The notes under the pieces were generated by a model, which saw nothing but the letters and a program-made list of their open reading frames with translations, ran no database searches and had not been told where the DNA came from. The position numbers and the translations under genes were made by a program. A DNA stretch of 64,000 bases from Candidatus Marinacidobacterales bacterium (lineage in GTDB: Bacteria > Acidobacteriota > Vicinamibacteria > Marinacidobacterales > SMYC01). Below, piece after piece: positions 1 through 11,005 of this stretch (positions within the stretch are counted from its first letter, which is position 1; the number at the start of each line of letters is the position of its first letter). The stretch is from the NCBI GenBank assembly GCA_965237955.1, contig OZ250169.1:4160001-4224000 (forward strand), given 5' to 3'.

Positions 1-353
1 ACCAGGCTCTGGATAGCACGCTCGGCGGTGGAAACGTTGACGTTGTACTCCAAGAGGGTCGAGTTGTCGGCGTCGTAGGCGGAGCCGACATGAGTGTGGG
101 TGTCGAAGAGACCGGGAAGCACCGTCAACGAAGACAGGTCGAGCTCGACGGCATCGGCTGGGATCGTCGGATTCGCACCCACCGCCCGAATCATCCCGTC
201 CTCGATGACGATGGTCTGGTCCGACTGGGTCGTACCCGTCTCGGGATCGACGAGCTCGCCAGCACGAATGACGATGACTTGAGCCTCCGCGGCCGAAAGG
301 CAAAGGGCAAGGGACACGGCGGTCAGGATTCCGAAAACAAGTCGCAGGTTCAT
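1..353 (-). CDS. Amidohydrolase family protein, N-terminal part (runs off window start)
   Basis: Manual translation from ATG at 353: MNLRLVFGILTAVSLALCLSAAEAQVIVIRAGELVDPETG...LTVLPGLFDTHTHV, a signal peptide plus the PGLxDxHxH amidohydrolase motif. Not in the ORF track because it is open at the edge. Confidence 0.85.
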   Translation of the reverse strand, partial: MNLRLVFGILTAVSLALCLSAAEAQVIVIRAGELVDPETGTTQSDQTIVIEDGMIRAVGANPTIPADAVELDLSSLTVLPGLFDTHTHVGSAYDADNSTLLEYNVNVSTAERAIQSL

Positions 354-452
354 CTTGGATTCCTTTCGAGACTCCGTCTAGGGTGTCTCAGTTTCAGCGT
401 TCCGAAATTGTCTACTTTCGATCTTTCCGCTTCAATTTGGTCGGAGAAATTG

Positions 453-1637
453 TCAAGAGCCAACCACTTCACGAAACACGCGCAGGAAGTTCCCCCCCAG
501 CAACTTCTCGATTTGCGAGTCCGTATAGCCTCGCTTCTCGAGGGCATCGGCCAGGACCAGCATCCGCATGGGGGTGTTCAACTCCGGGATCACGACGTGT
601 TGCGGCACCGTTTCCGAAAACCCGCCTTCGATCTCTTCTGGAGCGGTGGCCTGCGAGTAGCGCAATAGTTCCTCGAGGTTGTCCAGCGCCTCCATCGAAT
701 GGTCGCTTCCGAAACCGAGGTGATCCATCCCTGCTATCTGCACCACATGTTGGATGTGGTCGAGCACAGCGTCGAGGGTTGCAGTATCGGCGCGCGTCAG
801 CCATTCGCTGATGTTGAAGATACCGACCACGCCTCCCTTGTCCGCCAGCGCGCGCATCTGCTCATCGGTGCGATTGCGCAGCGAACGGTACAGGGCCCGG
901 CACCCGGTGTGCGTAAAAATGCACGGCCGGTTGGAGACCTCGATGGCATCCAGCGTGGTCTTGTCCCCGCAGTGGGACAGATCGATCAGCATCCCCAGCT
1001 CGTTGCACCGCTTGACCACCTCGATTCCGAAATGGCTCAGGGCTCCGTCGTTTCGGTCCCGGTAGCCGTTGCCCACCTGATTCCGGGTGTCGTGAGTCAG
1101 TTGCAAAACCCGTAGTCCCAGGTCGAAAAACGTGCGCACCATCGCCACTTCGCGATCCAGGATGCTGGCATCCTGTGACAGGTAGACGATGGCAAACTTC
1201 CCACTTCGCTTCGCCTCCTCGATGTCCCGGGCACAAAGGGCTCGCACCACAACGTCGCGGTGTTTGTCCAGTTCCTCGTTCCAGTGAGCAATGTGTCGCA
1301 CCATGGCGTCCAACGAGCGCCCGCGCGGGTTGATGGAAACGTCCCAAAAGGCAGCCGTTTGACCGGATGCCCGTATGGCTTCGAGCGTGGCGGAGGGGAG
1401 GGTGGCGGAATGGTCCTGGGTGTACAACAGCGCGTCGATGCTGATCGAGGAAGCAAAAAGCTGGCGGAGCCGGCTCGATATCTCCGGCCCCGTGTCAGCC
1501 GGCCTCTGCGCTCCCTGCCCGGAGGTGCTTCCGGCTGCCAACGCGGAAATCGAAGCCGCCGTTTTCACAAATTCCCTTCGATTAACCCGCATCGCACGCA
1601 TCTTCTTTATATAAGAGGTTTGATTTGCTTGCCCCAC
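453..1637 (-). CDS. Membrane dipeptidase (peptidase M19) family protein with Tat signal
   Basis: NRREFVK twin-arginine motif; LQLTH, IDLSHCG, FTH, RNRTDEQ and GFGSD motifs. True start is probably the downstream Met of MRAMRVN. Confidence 0.85.
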   Translation of the reverse strand: MGQANQTSYIKKMRAMRVNRREFVKTAASISALAAGSTSGQGAQRPADTGPEISSRLRQLFASSISIDALLYTQDHSATLPSATLEAIRASGQTAAFWDVSINPRGRSLDAMVRHIAHWNEELDKHRDVVVRALCARDIEEAKRSGKFAIVYLSQDASILDREVAMVRTFFDLGLRVLQLTHDTRNQVGNGYRDRNDGALSHFGIEVVKRCNELGMLIDLSHCGDKTTLDAIEVSNRPCIFTHTGCRALYRSLRNRTDEQMRALADKGGVVGIFNISEWLTRADTATLDAVLDHIQHVVQIAGMDHLGFGSDHSMEALDNLEELLRYSQATAPEEIEGGFSETVPQHVVIPELNTPMRMLVLADALEKRGYTDSQIEKLLGGNFLRVFREVVGS

Positions 1638-1789
1638 TGTCTTTCGCGCTATCCTCTTGCCTTTGCGGTCTCGGAACGCGTCGTTGAAGCCGATCGGCCG
1701 CCGACGATTCTACGTCGCGATCGAAGGGGCGTCAAACGATCCAAGTAGTTTTGGTCCCGTCGGACCGATCCGTCGAGGGTTGGCAACCC

Positions 1790-1880
1790 GCCATGTAGAT
1801 CCAGACCCGCTGGTTGGTTCCATCGGCGATGTAGAGAAACGTCTGATTCTCATCTGGTGAAACATCCACATCCCAAGTAG
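1790..1880 (-). pseudogene. Short fragment of an NHL-repeat/beta-propeller protein
   Basis: Manual translation TWDVDVSPDENQTFLYIADGTNQRVWIY resembles an NHL blade (YxADxxNxRV); no start or continuation. Confidence 0.45.
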
Positions 1881-1933
1881 TTAGTAGCGCAAACGATGCC
1901 GCCGATGGCTTTCTTACTCGTCAACATTGCGAG

Positions 1934-3087
1934 TTACCGACGACGAAATCGGTCGAGCAGCGAACGCATCCAAGAGCGTTGGCCGGTCGACGCCCTCTCG
2001 AGGGTCAGCGTGCCGTCCCGGAAGCGCGTGCGAAGATCGTCGAGCGCTTCCTTCATTTCCGCCATGCTCTGGAAGCGCCCCGAGCGTTTCTTCGCGACCG
2101 CGCGCATCACCACGTCCTCGATCTCCCTCGGGAGTTCCGGAAGTTTCACCGTCAGTGGCTCGGGCTCGTCGAACAAGATCGACGTGACAACAGCGAGAGG
2201 CGTCTCGCCGTCGAAGGCTCGCGCGCCGGCGAGCATCTCGTAGACGAGAACTCCGAGCGAGAACACATCGCTCCGTCCATCGAGAGGATCGCCCTTCACT
2301 TGCTCGGGCGACATGTAGCTCGCACTCCCGAGCACGAAGCCTTCTTCCGAGAGCGCGCTCTTCGAGATCGTGAGGGCGTGATGGACGTCTTGCCCCTCCA
2401 CGATCTTGACGAGCCCGAAGTGAGAAGCTTGATCGATCCGTCCGCCGTCACCATAACGTTGTCGGGCTTGATGTCGCGATGCACGATCCCGATCGCATGT
2501 GCCGCGGTCAACGCACTCGCCGCTTGAACGGCAAAGTCGAGCGCCTCGCGCACGGTGCGACGTCGCGTCTTCAGTTCCTCGCCCAGCGTTCGGCCCTCGA
2601 CGAAATCCATCAACAGGATCGGCTCGCCCGGCCAATCGGCAAGCCCGTGGACCCGCACGATGTGCGGATGTCGAAGCTCCTTGGCGGCTCGCACCTCGCG
2701 CAGGAAACGGCGTGCCGCCTTGTCGTGCTCGAGTGCGTGCTCGCCCAGACGCTTACAGGCGATGACCTTGCCCGTTCCGACGTGAACGGCTTTGTAGATC
2801 TCACCCATGCCGCCGCGGCCGATCTTTTCGGTGATGCGGTAGTTCCCCACGCGAGCTCCCACGAGCTCAGCCGGAGCCTCGCTTCTTTCCGACGCACCGT
2901 TTTCGAGCGCCGGGGAAGGCTCGAGAAAACTCTCGGCGAACGCCGCGAGAAGTGATCTGAGCTCCGCGAGAAGCTCGCCGTCATCGCCGGAAGCCTCCAC
3001 GAGAAAGGCGTCGCGCTCGGCCTCGTCCCGGGCGAGGGCCTGGTCGAAGATGTCCTTGATGCGCTCCCAACGCTCCCGGCGCACGTG
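1934..3087 (-). pseudogene. Ser/Thr protein kinase (ECF-associated type), frameshifted
   Basis: N-terminal RWERIKDIFDQAL helix, GRGGMG, HRDIKPDN and YMSPEQ. A 1-nt deletion in the DFG motif near 2421 splits it between ORFs 2296..3132 and 1934..2635. GTG start at 3087 follows a GGAGG RBS. Confidence 0.8.
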
Positions 3088-3128
3088 TGCCTCCCTACCC
3101 ATCAGGCGGAATTCGGGGGCGGATTGGC

Positions 3129-3204
3129 TCATCGAAAATCACGTAAAAGCTCGCGCCTGAGCCACGCTTTAGCGAGGTTCCAGTCCCGCTTCACGGTGGC
3201 CGTC
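3129..3204 (-). pseudogene. 3' stub of ECF sigma factor (ATVKRDWNLAKAWLRRELLRDFR*)
   Basis: Near-identical to the reverse complement of the ECF 3' end at 12226-12301. Confidence 0.85.
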
Positions 3205-3253
3205 AGGGCCTATCGTACATTGCTTTTCCGCCTGATGGCCTTTTCCTATCCTT

Positions 3254-3560
3254 TCAAGGTGGCAAAACTTGAAAGCCCTGTTGGCGAAACTGCCGGTCGA
3301 AGGCGAAGGCCGAGCGAAGGCCGAGTCGTCGCATGACCTGGAAGCTGGTGCAATCAACGAAGCTCAGATTTCTGCGGTTCGCTGCCAAGACTGCAAGGGC
3401 AGCGGCTTTGTGATCTTCTGACGTGACCCATTCCAGCGAGATGGCTGGAAGCACCTCCTCGGCCAGGGCTCGCAGGGCCTTCATTCCGAGTCTGCTCTGC
3501 ACCAAAGCGTACGACTCGACAATGATGTAGTTCGTCGTCAAGATCGAGTCCGAGCCCGAG
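3254..3560 (-). pseudogene. PIN-domain (VapC) toxin, N-terminally truncated
   Basis: TTNYIIVESYAL...LSFVDCTSF...AFAFDRQF PIN motifs; the N-terminal DT/DS motif and the antitoxin are absent. Confidence 0.75.
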
Positions 3561-3842
3561 AGTATTCGGACCCATGATAGCAAGAACCTCGAGGGTGCAA
3601 CCCAAGACGGGGTCCGTGCTCGCCGGCCGTTTGAACTGACCGCCGCCACGATCTACTATTCTGGGGTTCCCGGCTCGAGAGCCCGCAACCCGCAGCCGGC
3701 GCAGCGAGCCTGTCGAGCGGAGGCCAACGCGTGAGCGCAGAGTGAGGGCGAAACAATGGCTGGCAACGCGAGCCGCCATCGGCTGCACGGGAGCGCGTCG
3801 AGGAAGCGTTGAGCAAGATTCCGCAGAGTTAGCCCGGACGAA

Positions 3843-6632
3843 ATGATGCCTTTGCCAAGATATGCCACCGCCGGCTTGCTACTTTTTTTCTTGACAGCGC
3901 CGCCGGCGGGCGCGCAAGAAAAGCACCCCGTCACGTCCGAAGATTATGGTCGCTGGGAGACCTTGAGAGAAGGAGCTCTCTCTCCCGATGGCCGGTGGCT
4001 GGTCTACGAGATCGGCCGCGTCAACGGCAATGACGAGCTGCGCCTCCACAAGCTGCAGGCTGAAAAGCTGAACGAACCCTTCAAGACTGCCTATTTCGGC
4101 AGCAAACCGGCCTTCTCGGACGATTCCCGATTCATGGCGTACCGGATCGGGGTCCACGAGGACGAGCGGCGCCGGGCCGAGAAAGAAAAGAAGCCGGTGC
4201 GGGACAAGATGGGGCTCGTCAGCCTGGACGATGGTACGACCGAGGTCACCGAGGGCGTCCAGACGTTCGCTTTCAGTGAAGGAAGCCCTTATCTCGCCAT
4301 TCACCGCTATCCTCCCGAGAAGGAGGACGAGGAGGAGGAGGAGGAGGAGGAAACCCTCGGCGCGGACTTGATGGTTCGGGATCTCTCGACCCGAAGGAAT
4401 GCCAGCTTCGGCAACGTCTCCGAGTTTCTTTGGCAACCGAAGGGAACGTTGGTCGCGATGATCATCGCGACGGAAAGCGGAACCGGAAACGGCATTCAGC
4501 TCTTCGAGCCCGCCAGCGGTGTCTTGCGCGTGCTGGATTCTTCTGGCTCAAGCTATCGCCGCCTTGCCTGGAGAAAAGACAGTGACGACTTGGCGGTTCT
4601 TCGCACTCTTGAAGACGAGCAGCACGAAGACGAGACGAATATCGTCCTGGCCTGGAAGGACCTTTCCAGTGCGCCCGAGCGTTTCGTTTACGATCCCTCG
4701 GCGGACTCCGAGTTCCCGACCGACGCTCGCATCGTGGACTTCAGGGCTCTCGAGTGGGCGGACGATGGCGCCACGGTGTTCCTGGGAATCAAGAAATGGA
4801 AGAAAACGGAGCGCGAGGAGCCCGTCGAGGACAATTCTCCCGAGGAGGACGACGGGGACGAGGAGCCCAACGTCGAGGTCTGGCACGTCAAGGATTCCCA
4901 CGTCATTCCTGAGCAGAAGCTGCGTGAGAAGCAATACCGCGAGAAGAACTGGCTCGCCGCCTGGCAACTGGACTCGGCTCGCTTCGTGAGGCTTGGTGAC
5001 GAGCGGATCGAGGATGTCTGGCCGGTGAGGCACTCACGCTTTGCCATCGGCCTGGACGTCAACCCTTACGAACGCCCCGGCATGTTCGGCCGCGGGCGCC
5101 GGGATGTTTACGTCATCGATGTGACGAGCGGCGAAAGAAGGAAGATCACAGAAGCACTCCAGGGTGAACCGCAGTTCCCCGATTCCTTGCTGAATGCCAG
5201 TCCGGGCGGAAGATACGTCATCTATCTCAAGGACGATGACTACTGGACCTACGATCTCGAGACCGGCAAACACACGAACTTAACCGAAGACATCGAGACC
5301 TCATTCGTCAATTGGGAAGACGATCATCCGATGGAGCAAAAACCGCCTTACGGCATCGCCGGCTGGCAAGAAGGAGATGAGGCCGTAGTTCTCCACGACA
5401 AGTACGACCTCTGGGAGGTCCAACCGAATGGCTCGGGAGCAAAGCGGTTGACCGATGGTTCGCAGCAACAGATTCAACATCGTTACGTGAAGCTCGACCC
5501 GGACGAGGAATTCATCGACCGCGCGAAGCCCCTCTACCTGAGCCTTTATGGCGAGTGGAGCAAGAAGTTCGGCTTTGCTCGGCTGGGGGCGAACTCGGGG
5601 CCTGAGCGGCTCGCCTGGTCGGATAGCAAGGTTCAACGGCTCGCCAAGGCAAGCGACGCCGAAGTGTACGCCTATATCGCGGAGAACTTCGCCGACTCAC
5701 CGGACTATTTCAGCGCCGGCCCCGATCTCGCACGGCCCCGACAGGTGTCCGAGACCAATCCTTTTCAAAACGACTACGCCTGGGGCGAATCGGAGCTCAT
5801 CGAGTACACAAACCACGATGGCGACCGACTTCAGGGTGCTCTCTTTTACCCGGCCGGCTATCAGGCCGGAAAACAGTACCCCATGCTTGTCTACATCTAC
5901 GAGAAGCTTTCCCAAGAGGTGCACGACTACGTCGTCCCGACGGAACGTCGTCCGTACAACATCTCTGTTTTCACAGGCCGTGGTTACTTCGTCCTCCGAC
6001 CGGATATCGTCTTCCGGGCCCGCGAGCCCGGCGCGTCCGCTCTCGACTGCATCACCTCTGCGGTGAAGAAAGTCCTCGCGTCCGGAATGATCGACCCCAG
6101 CCGCCTCGGCCTAATCGGACATTCCTGGGGCGGTTACGAGACCAGCTTCGTATCGACACGAAGCGATCTCTTCGCAGCCGCCGTTGCCGGCGCGCCTCTC
6201 AACAACTTCTTCAGTATGTACGGCTCCATCTTCTGGAACACGGGCATTCCCGAGACCGAGCACTTCGAGGTGGGCCAGGAGCGAATGGAAGTCCCTTTCT
6301 GGGAGGATGTGGACGCTTTCATCCGTAACTCCCCCATTTTTGGAATCCAAAACCTGAAGACGCCCTTGCTCATGGCCTTCGGCGACAAGGACGGCTCGGT
6401 GGATTGGCACCAGGGTATCGAGATGTACAACGCGGCGCGCCGCGCCGGGAAGCAGTTCGTCCTGCTCGTGTATCCGGGCGAGAACCATCACGTCCTCCGC
6501 AAGCCCAACCAGATCGATTACCACCGGCGCATCCTCGAGTGGTTCGATCACTATCTGCGAGGGGCAGAGGCCCCGAAGTGGATAACCGAGGGCGTCCCTT
6601 ATCTGGAGCAGCAGAAAGAGAAAAAGGAGTGA
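3843..6632 (+). CDS. S9 family (prolyl oligopeptidase-like) serine peptidase, secreted
   Basis: 929 aa; signal peptide, beta-propeller region, nucleophile GHSWGG, Asp (GDKDGSV) and His (GENHH); poly-Glu tract near 4320-4352. Confidence 0.92.
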   Translation: MMPLPRYATAGLLLFFLTAPPAGAQEKHPVTSEDYGRWETLREGALSPDGRWLVYEIGRVNGNDELRLHKLQAEKLNEPFKTAYFGSKPAFSDDSRFMAYRIGVHEDERRRAEKEKKPVRDKMGLVSLDDGTTEVTEGVQTFAFSEGSPYLAIHRYPPEKEDEEEEEEEETLGADLMVRDLSTRRNASFGNVSEFLWQPKGTLVAMIIATESGTGNGIQLFEPASGVLRVLDSSGSSYRRLAWRKDSDDLAVLRTLEDEQHEDETNIVLAWKDLSSAPERFVYDPSADSEFPTDARIVDFRALEWADDGATVFLGIKKWKKTEREEPVEDNSPEEDDGDEEPNVEVWHVKDSHVIPEQKLREKQYREKNWLAAWQLDSARFVRLGDERIEDVWPVRHSRFAIGLDVNPYERPGMFGRGRRDVYVIDVTSGERRKITEALQGEPQFPDSLLNASPGGRYVIYLKDDDYWTYDLETGKHTNLTEDIETSFVNWEDDHPMEQKPPYGIAGWQEGDEAVVLHDKYDLWEVQPNGSGAKRLTDGSQQQIQHRYVKLDPDEEFIDRAKPLYLSLYGEWSKKFGFARLGANSGPERLAWSDSKVQRLAKASDAEVYAYIAENFADSPDYFSAGPDLARPRQVSETNPFQNDYAWGESELIEYTNHDGDRLQGALFYPAGYQAGKQYPMLVYIYEKLSQEVHDYVVPTERRPYNISVFTGRGYFVLRPDIVFRAREPGASALDCITSAVKKVLASGMIDPSRLGLIGHSWGGYETSFVSTRSDLFAAAVAGAPLNNFFSMYGSIFWNTGIPETEHFEVGQERMEVPFWEDVDAFIRNSPIFGIQNLKTPLLMAFGDKDGSVDWHQGIEMYNAARRAGKQFVLLVYPGENHHVLRKPNQIDYHRRILEWFDHYLRGAEAPKWITEGVPYLEQQKEKKE

Positions 6633-6660
6633 CGTTCGATCGAGCGAAGCTCGGTCGAAC

Positions 6661-6697
6661 TTGCTCCCGTGTACATTGACGTCGTACAATGTAATAC
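6661..6697 (+). promoter_or_regulatory. Putative sigma70 promoter and inverted-repeat operator of TA operon
   Basis: TTGCTC(6661)-18 nt-TACAAT(6685); inverted repeat TACATTG-N8-CAATGTA at 6672-6693; ATG follows directly at 6698. Confidence 0.55.
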
Positions 6698-6931
6698 ATG
6701 AGTACGACACTGACGATCCGTACCGACCCAGATCTGCGGGAAGCGCTCGAGAAGAAAGCTGCGGCGCAAGGCAAGAGCCTTTCCCGGCTCGTCCGCGAGA
6801 TTCTGGAAGACGCGCTCGTCGAGCGACCTCTGAAAGAGAGAATCTCTCAGCTGAAAGGTAGTCTCGAGCTTCCGAGAAAGAGCACGGACTCCTGGCGACA
6901 GGAGATACGAGAGCGTAACTGGCGCTCGTGA
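6698..6931 (+). CDS. Ribbon-helix-helix (CopG-like) antitoxin
   Basis: 77 aa, TLTIRTDPDLREALEKKAAAQGKSLSRLVREIL RHH pattern; overlaps the PIN gene start (GTGA). Confidence 0.8.
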   Translation: MSTTLTIRTDPDLREALEKKAAAQGKSLSRLVREILEDALVERPLKERISQLKGSLELPRKSTDSWRQEIRERNWRS

Positions 6932-7492
6932 AGATCTGGCTGATCGACACTGCTCCGATCGTGGCCTACCTGGATAGCACGGACCCGTATCACGAGCGCG
7001 TCAGTTCACGGCTGGAGGAATTCGATGGAGGACTGGCCAGCACCAGTGCGGTCGTCACCGAAACGATGCACTTCGTGGCTCCTGCTCGGAGCGGTCCTCA
7101 AAGACTGGCGGAGTTCATTTCGGCTAGTCCCCTGTATCAGAACAAACTAGATAAAGCAGAGCTTGCCGAAACCCTTCTAAGTGCATGAATCTTATGAATA
7201 TTATGGGCTGGCGAAAAGCCTAACTTTGTATAGTAATCAAAGATCCAGGGGACTAGTGGCGCGGAGGTGTATGACTTTTGCGGCGCTTCGGGAACTTCGC
7301 GCAGCCGTCTCTCTGATGGAACAGTACCACGATACGCCCATGGACTTCGCCGACGCGACGCTCTTGCTCCTGGCGGAAGCACTGCACGTCCGGGACATCC
7401 TAACGCTCGATCGCAGAGGATTCTCGGCCTACCGAACACGGGAGCGTCAAGCGCTCCGGATGGTTCTCGACTCAAAGCGCTCTCTTCGGTGA
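6928..7492 (+). pseudogene. PIN-domain (VapC) toxin interrupted by a MITE
   Basis: WLIDTAPIVAYLD N-terminus and PMDFADATL...ILTLDRRGFSAYR C-terminus, separated by the element at 7124-7256; an additional 1-nt frameshift near 7290. Confidence 0.85.
7124..7256 (+). mobile_element. 133-bp MITE, copy 1 (CTAG at both ends; terminal inverted repeat CTAGTCCCCTG...CAGGGGACTAG)
   Basis: AT-rich; second copy at 15479-15611 differs by 1 nt; removing 129 bp restores the host frame at the site. Confidence 0.9.
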
Positions 7493-7600
7493 GGGCGCTC
7501 GCCGGTTTTGAGTCCCCGTTCTCAGTCTTCGTCCGGCAGAGCCAACGCGTGTCGTCCTTCGAGACCTAGAACTTACGCCGTCTCAACCTTGAAACCCTGG

Positions 7601-8278
7601 TTAAAAAGTGAAGCGCACTCCCAATCTAAAAACACGGGGTAGTTCGTTCGCCGCTGGCACCAGGAATTGGGCTTGGTCGATCTTCAGTGACTGAAAAGAC
7701 GTAACCCGGCTGATGTTGCCTAGATTGAAGATATCGGCGATGAGCCCCAGTCTCATTCTGTCCCCGAACCGAAACTGCTTTTCCACTCGAACGTCGATTT
7801 TGTTTCTGAAGGCGTGGCGTTCGGTACCCCTTGCGAATGCAGCCACATTGATGACGCCCTCCACCACGATTCCGGGAACACCAAGCGGAGGCGGCCTGCA
7901 ACCGCCACCGCCGCCGCCATCTCCTTTCGTTACCCCAGTACCGGGGCAGAGCGGGAAGTAGCGCGCCGTGAAGGCTCCAGCCAGGTCTTCAAAGCCAGTG
8001 TTGAGTTGATGGATGGGAAAACCGGTCACGGCCTGGTAGAAGCCGCTCACGAGAATATCCCAGGGCAACGTGTAGGTCCCCTGGAGCTTGAACGCGTGGG
8101 TAGCGTCCAGGGCCAGCTTGCCTTCCGCATTGATGAGCGTATTGGGGTTAATGTAAATCGGTTCGTAGGTCGTGGTGCCGGCGAAGTCATTGGCGATGTT
8201 GCCTACGGTTTCGCTGAGGTTGTAGGCGGCCATCAATTGCCAGCCGTCACGAAAGCGCCTTCGTACGACAACCTCCAA
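7601..8278 (-). pseudogene. C-terminal fragment of a TonB-dependent (Oar-like) outer-membrane receptor
   Basis: RRFRDGWQLMAAYNLS, HAFKLQGTYTLPW, DVRVEKQF, DIFNLGN and terminal PRVFRLGVRFTF with C-terminal Phe. Homology stops at 8278. Confidence 0.8.
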
Positions 8279-9943
8279 TACTTCCTTCGAGACTCGTCGA
8301 GCGCCCGTCTTCGCTTCACCAACCCGATTCAGATCACCACGGCGGTGGGCGTGGAAGACTTCCCCACGTGGTCTCCCGATGGCGAGCGCCTGGCATTTCA
8401 GTCGGACGAGAGCGGCAATCATGACATCTGGGTGGCCCAGCTCGGAGGCGGAGGAGCGGTCAACCGAACGGTGGCTCGCGTCGAGGAAGACCGAAGTCCG
8501 AGGTGGTCTCCCGACGGGAGCCAGATTGCGTTCCTCTCGGGAACGGACGTCTTCGTTATGCCCGCGGTGGGCGGCGCGCCTCGCAAGGTGTACGCTCCGG
8601 AAAGTGCGCGCGTCAGTGCTGGAGTTGACTGGTCGGCGGACGGGGCCGAGCTTGCGGTCATTTTCGGGACACCGGAAGGGAGGTTCATCGACATCTTTTC
8701 TCTCCCGTCACAGGAGATGCGACGAATGTCCCTTTTGAGCATATGTCGGGACATCAGCTGGTCTCCGGACGGGGGCTACATCGCTTGCGTCGACGCGTCG
8801 AATCCTCGTGTCGCGATCACAAGCCTCTACCTTTTCCCTTCCACCGGAGGCGAACCCATCGCCGTCACCGATGGGAGTTCGCGCGACTGGAGCCCGAGTT
8901 GGTCCTCGGACGGACGCCGACTCTTTTTCGTCTCGAACCGCGGCGGGAGCGCGGATCTCTGGCAGCAACGCATCGGGGAGGAAGGGCCGGTAGGTGCGCC
9001 GGTGCCCTTGACGGTCGGTGTTGGAATGCGAAGGGCGGCCTTTTCTCCCGACGGGACGAAGCTCGCTTACTCCAAGGGCTGGCTGGTGGGAAATGTGTGG
9101 CGCGTGCCCATTCTCCGCGAACGTACGGCGAGCTGGACGGATGCCGAGCAGATCACCATAGACCAGGCATCCATCCGCTACCTCGACCTCTCTCCTGACG
9201 GCCGGAGACTTCTGGTGAGCTCCGACCGTTCAGGGAATCACGATATCTGGGTGCTCCCTGCCGAGGGGGGGGCTATGACCCAGTTGACGACGAATCCCAC
9301 GGAAGATCGGCAAGCAAGATGGTCGCCGGACGGACAGGAGATTGCCTTCAGCTCACGCCGCAGCGGAAACGCGGATCTCTGGGTGATGCCCGCAGAGGGG
9401 GGTCCCGCCCGGCAACTGACTTCAGATCCAGCAGCGGATGGAACCGCGACGTGGTCTCCTGACGGAATGGAGATCGCCTTTGGCTCGGACCGGAGCGGTA
9501 ACCCGGAGATTTGGGTGGTCTCGGCAGATGGGGGTGAACCGCGCCAGGTGACGGATCATCCCGGAAGCGATCACCAGCCCGCCTGGTCGCCCGACGGCAA
9601 GTGGTTGGTGTTTCAGTCCCTCGGTCGCGGGAGCGGTCTCTGGCGCATTCCCGCCGCTGGAGGAGAAGCCGAGCCTGTCGCCGAGGGCCTGGCATACCGA
9701 CCTCGCTGGTCGCCCCACGGAAAGGAGATCTACTTCGTGCGACCGACCGACATCGCGACCGACATCAACGCCAACATCTGGGCGGTGTCGTTAGAGGATG
9801 GGCGCGAGTACCCGGTGACCGATTTCTCGGGACGGCACGGGAGCCTCTTCAGGCACTCCCTCGCCACGGACGGAGACTACCTGTACTTTACCTGGGAAGA
9901 AGATCTCGGCGACATTTGGGTGATGGACGTCGTCCAAGAGTGA
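8279..9943 (+). pseudogene. PD40/TolB-like beta-propeller ectodomain of a receptor Ser/Thr kinase, with kinase and TM parts lost
   Basis: Multiple WSPDG repeats; colinear with the paralog on the minus strand (15205-19929) from codon YFL at 8279. The upstream part of ORF 7814..9943 is antisense TonB sequence. Confidence 0.85.
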
Positions 9944-10234
9944 CGGTGTATCTCACACGATCGGATTCCTGAAAGGGAAGACGTCAGTGCGCATTCACCG
10001 TGAATCGTCTCATGATCTCAGGAACCTTCGACGGCACAATCGACGGTTGGCGTTTCGTCCAGGAGACACGGTTAACCATGAATCCCCTCGTGAAGGAGCC
10101 TATCAGCTGCTTGTGGAGTTCGACGGTAAACCAATCGGGTGGGTCACCGTCAAGGTGCAGATCGTCAGAGATGATCTAGATTGAGCCGCTGACCCCTAAA
10201 GATGAATCTGTCAGGTGAACTGATCCGAACAGCT

Positions 10235-10471
10235 CTAAATGACCACTCGCTCCACCTCATCGAGCGTAATCTCCTCATCGCGCCGATTGTAGAGCCCCGT
10301 CGTTCTGGCGGATTCATGTGCGGCCATTTGCTGTGCGAGCTCGAGCCGACCGCCGTTCTGTAGATACGCGGTGATACCGGTCGCCCGAAACGAGTGGCAA
10401 CCGATGGGGGTTTGGATGCCGGCGTCTTGGGCGCGTCGTCGGATCATGCGGTAGACGTCGACGCGGGCCAT
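10235..10471 (-). pseudogene. Tyrosine recombinase C-terminal fragment
   Basis: CHSFRATGIT (HxxR) and AHESARTTGLY (H...Y) motifs; only 78 aa. Confidence 0.8.
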
Positions 10472-10735
10472 CGGGTTTGTGTCTCGACCACGTGATCGTC
10501 CACTTGTCCGAATACCCCGACACGAGAACGGCCGAAGTGTCTCTTAACACTTATCCCCCCGGCGCGAGACGCTCCTCAACCGCCTTGGCCCTGTTTGCTC
10601 GAGCTCTGCTACCCTCACCAGGAATCGGAGTGCACCGTCCCATCCCAGGGGGGAAATTTCGTGCGGACGGGGCCGGACGCGTATGATTTTTCTATCCTTC
10701 GGCGGATTTAGGAGCGGATTAAGCCCGCGCCGGAC

Positions 10736-10771
10736 TTGACAGCTCCGTAACTAACCATATATGGTTACCAT
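10736..10771 (+). promoter_or_regulatory. Sigma70 promoter with palindromic operator of TA operon
   Basis: TTGACA(10736)-18 nt-TATGGT(10760); perfect 16-bp palindrome TAACCATATATGGTTA at 10752-10767; ATG at 10772. Confidence 0.65.
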
Positions 10772-11005
10772 ATGCCGACACTGGTCAAAACCACCGTTTA
10801 TCTCACCGAGGCTGAGTATCGACGATTGAAGGAGTTAGCGAAAGCCCAGAAAAGGCCGGCGGCGGAGCTCGTGCGCGAGGCTGTTGCTGAATACGCCCAT
10901 CGCCATGCGGTCAGCGAGCCTCCTCAAAGTCTCGGCGCCGGCCGGAGTGGACGTGGCGACCTCAGTGAAAGAGCCGAGGAGCTCTTGGATGGAATCGGCC
11001 GTTGA
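10772..11005 (+). CDS. RHH/CopG-family antitoxin (VapB-like)
   Basis: KTTVYLTEAEYRRLKELAKAQKRPAAELVREAV; SLGAGRSGRGDLSERAEELL tail; overlaps the PIN gene. Confidence 0.85.
   Translation: MPTLVKTTVYLTEAEYRRLKELAKAQKRPAAELVREAVAEYAHRHAVSEPPQSLGAGRSGRGDLSERAEELLDGIGR

Noticed and set aside
7814-8278. Novel N-terminal domain on the 709-aa propeller ORF
   Set aside because: It is the antisense of the TonB receptor fragment; true homology begins at 8279.
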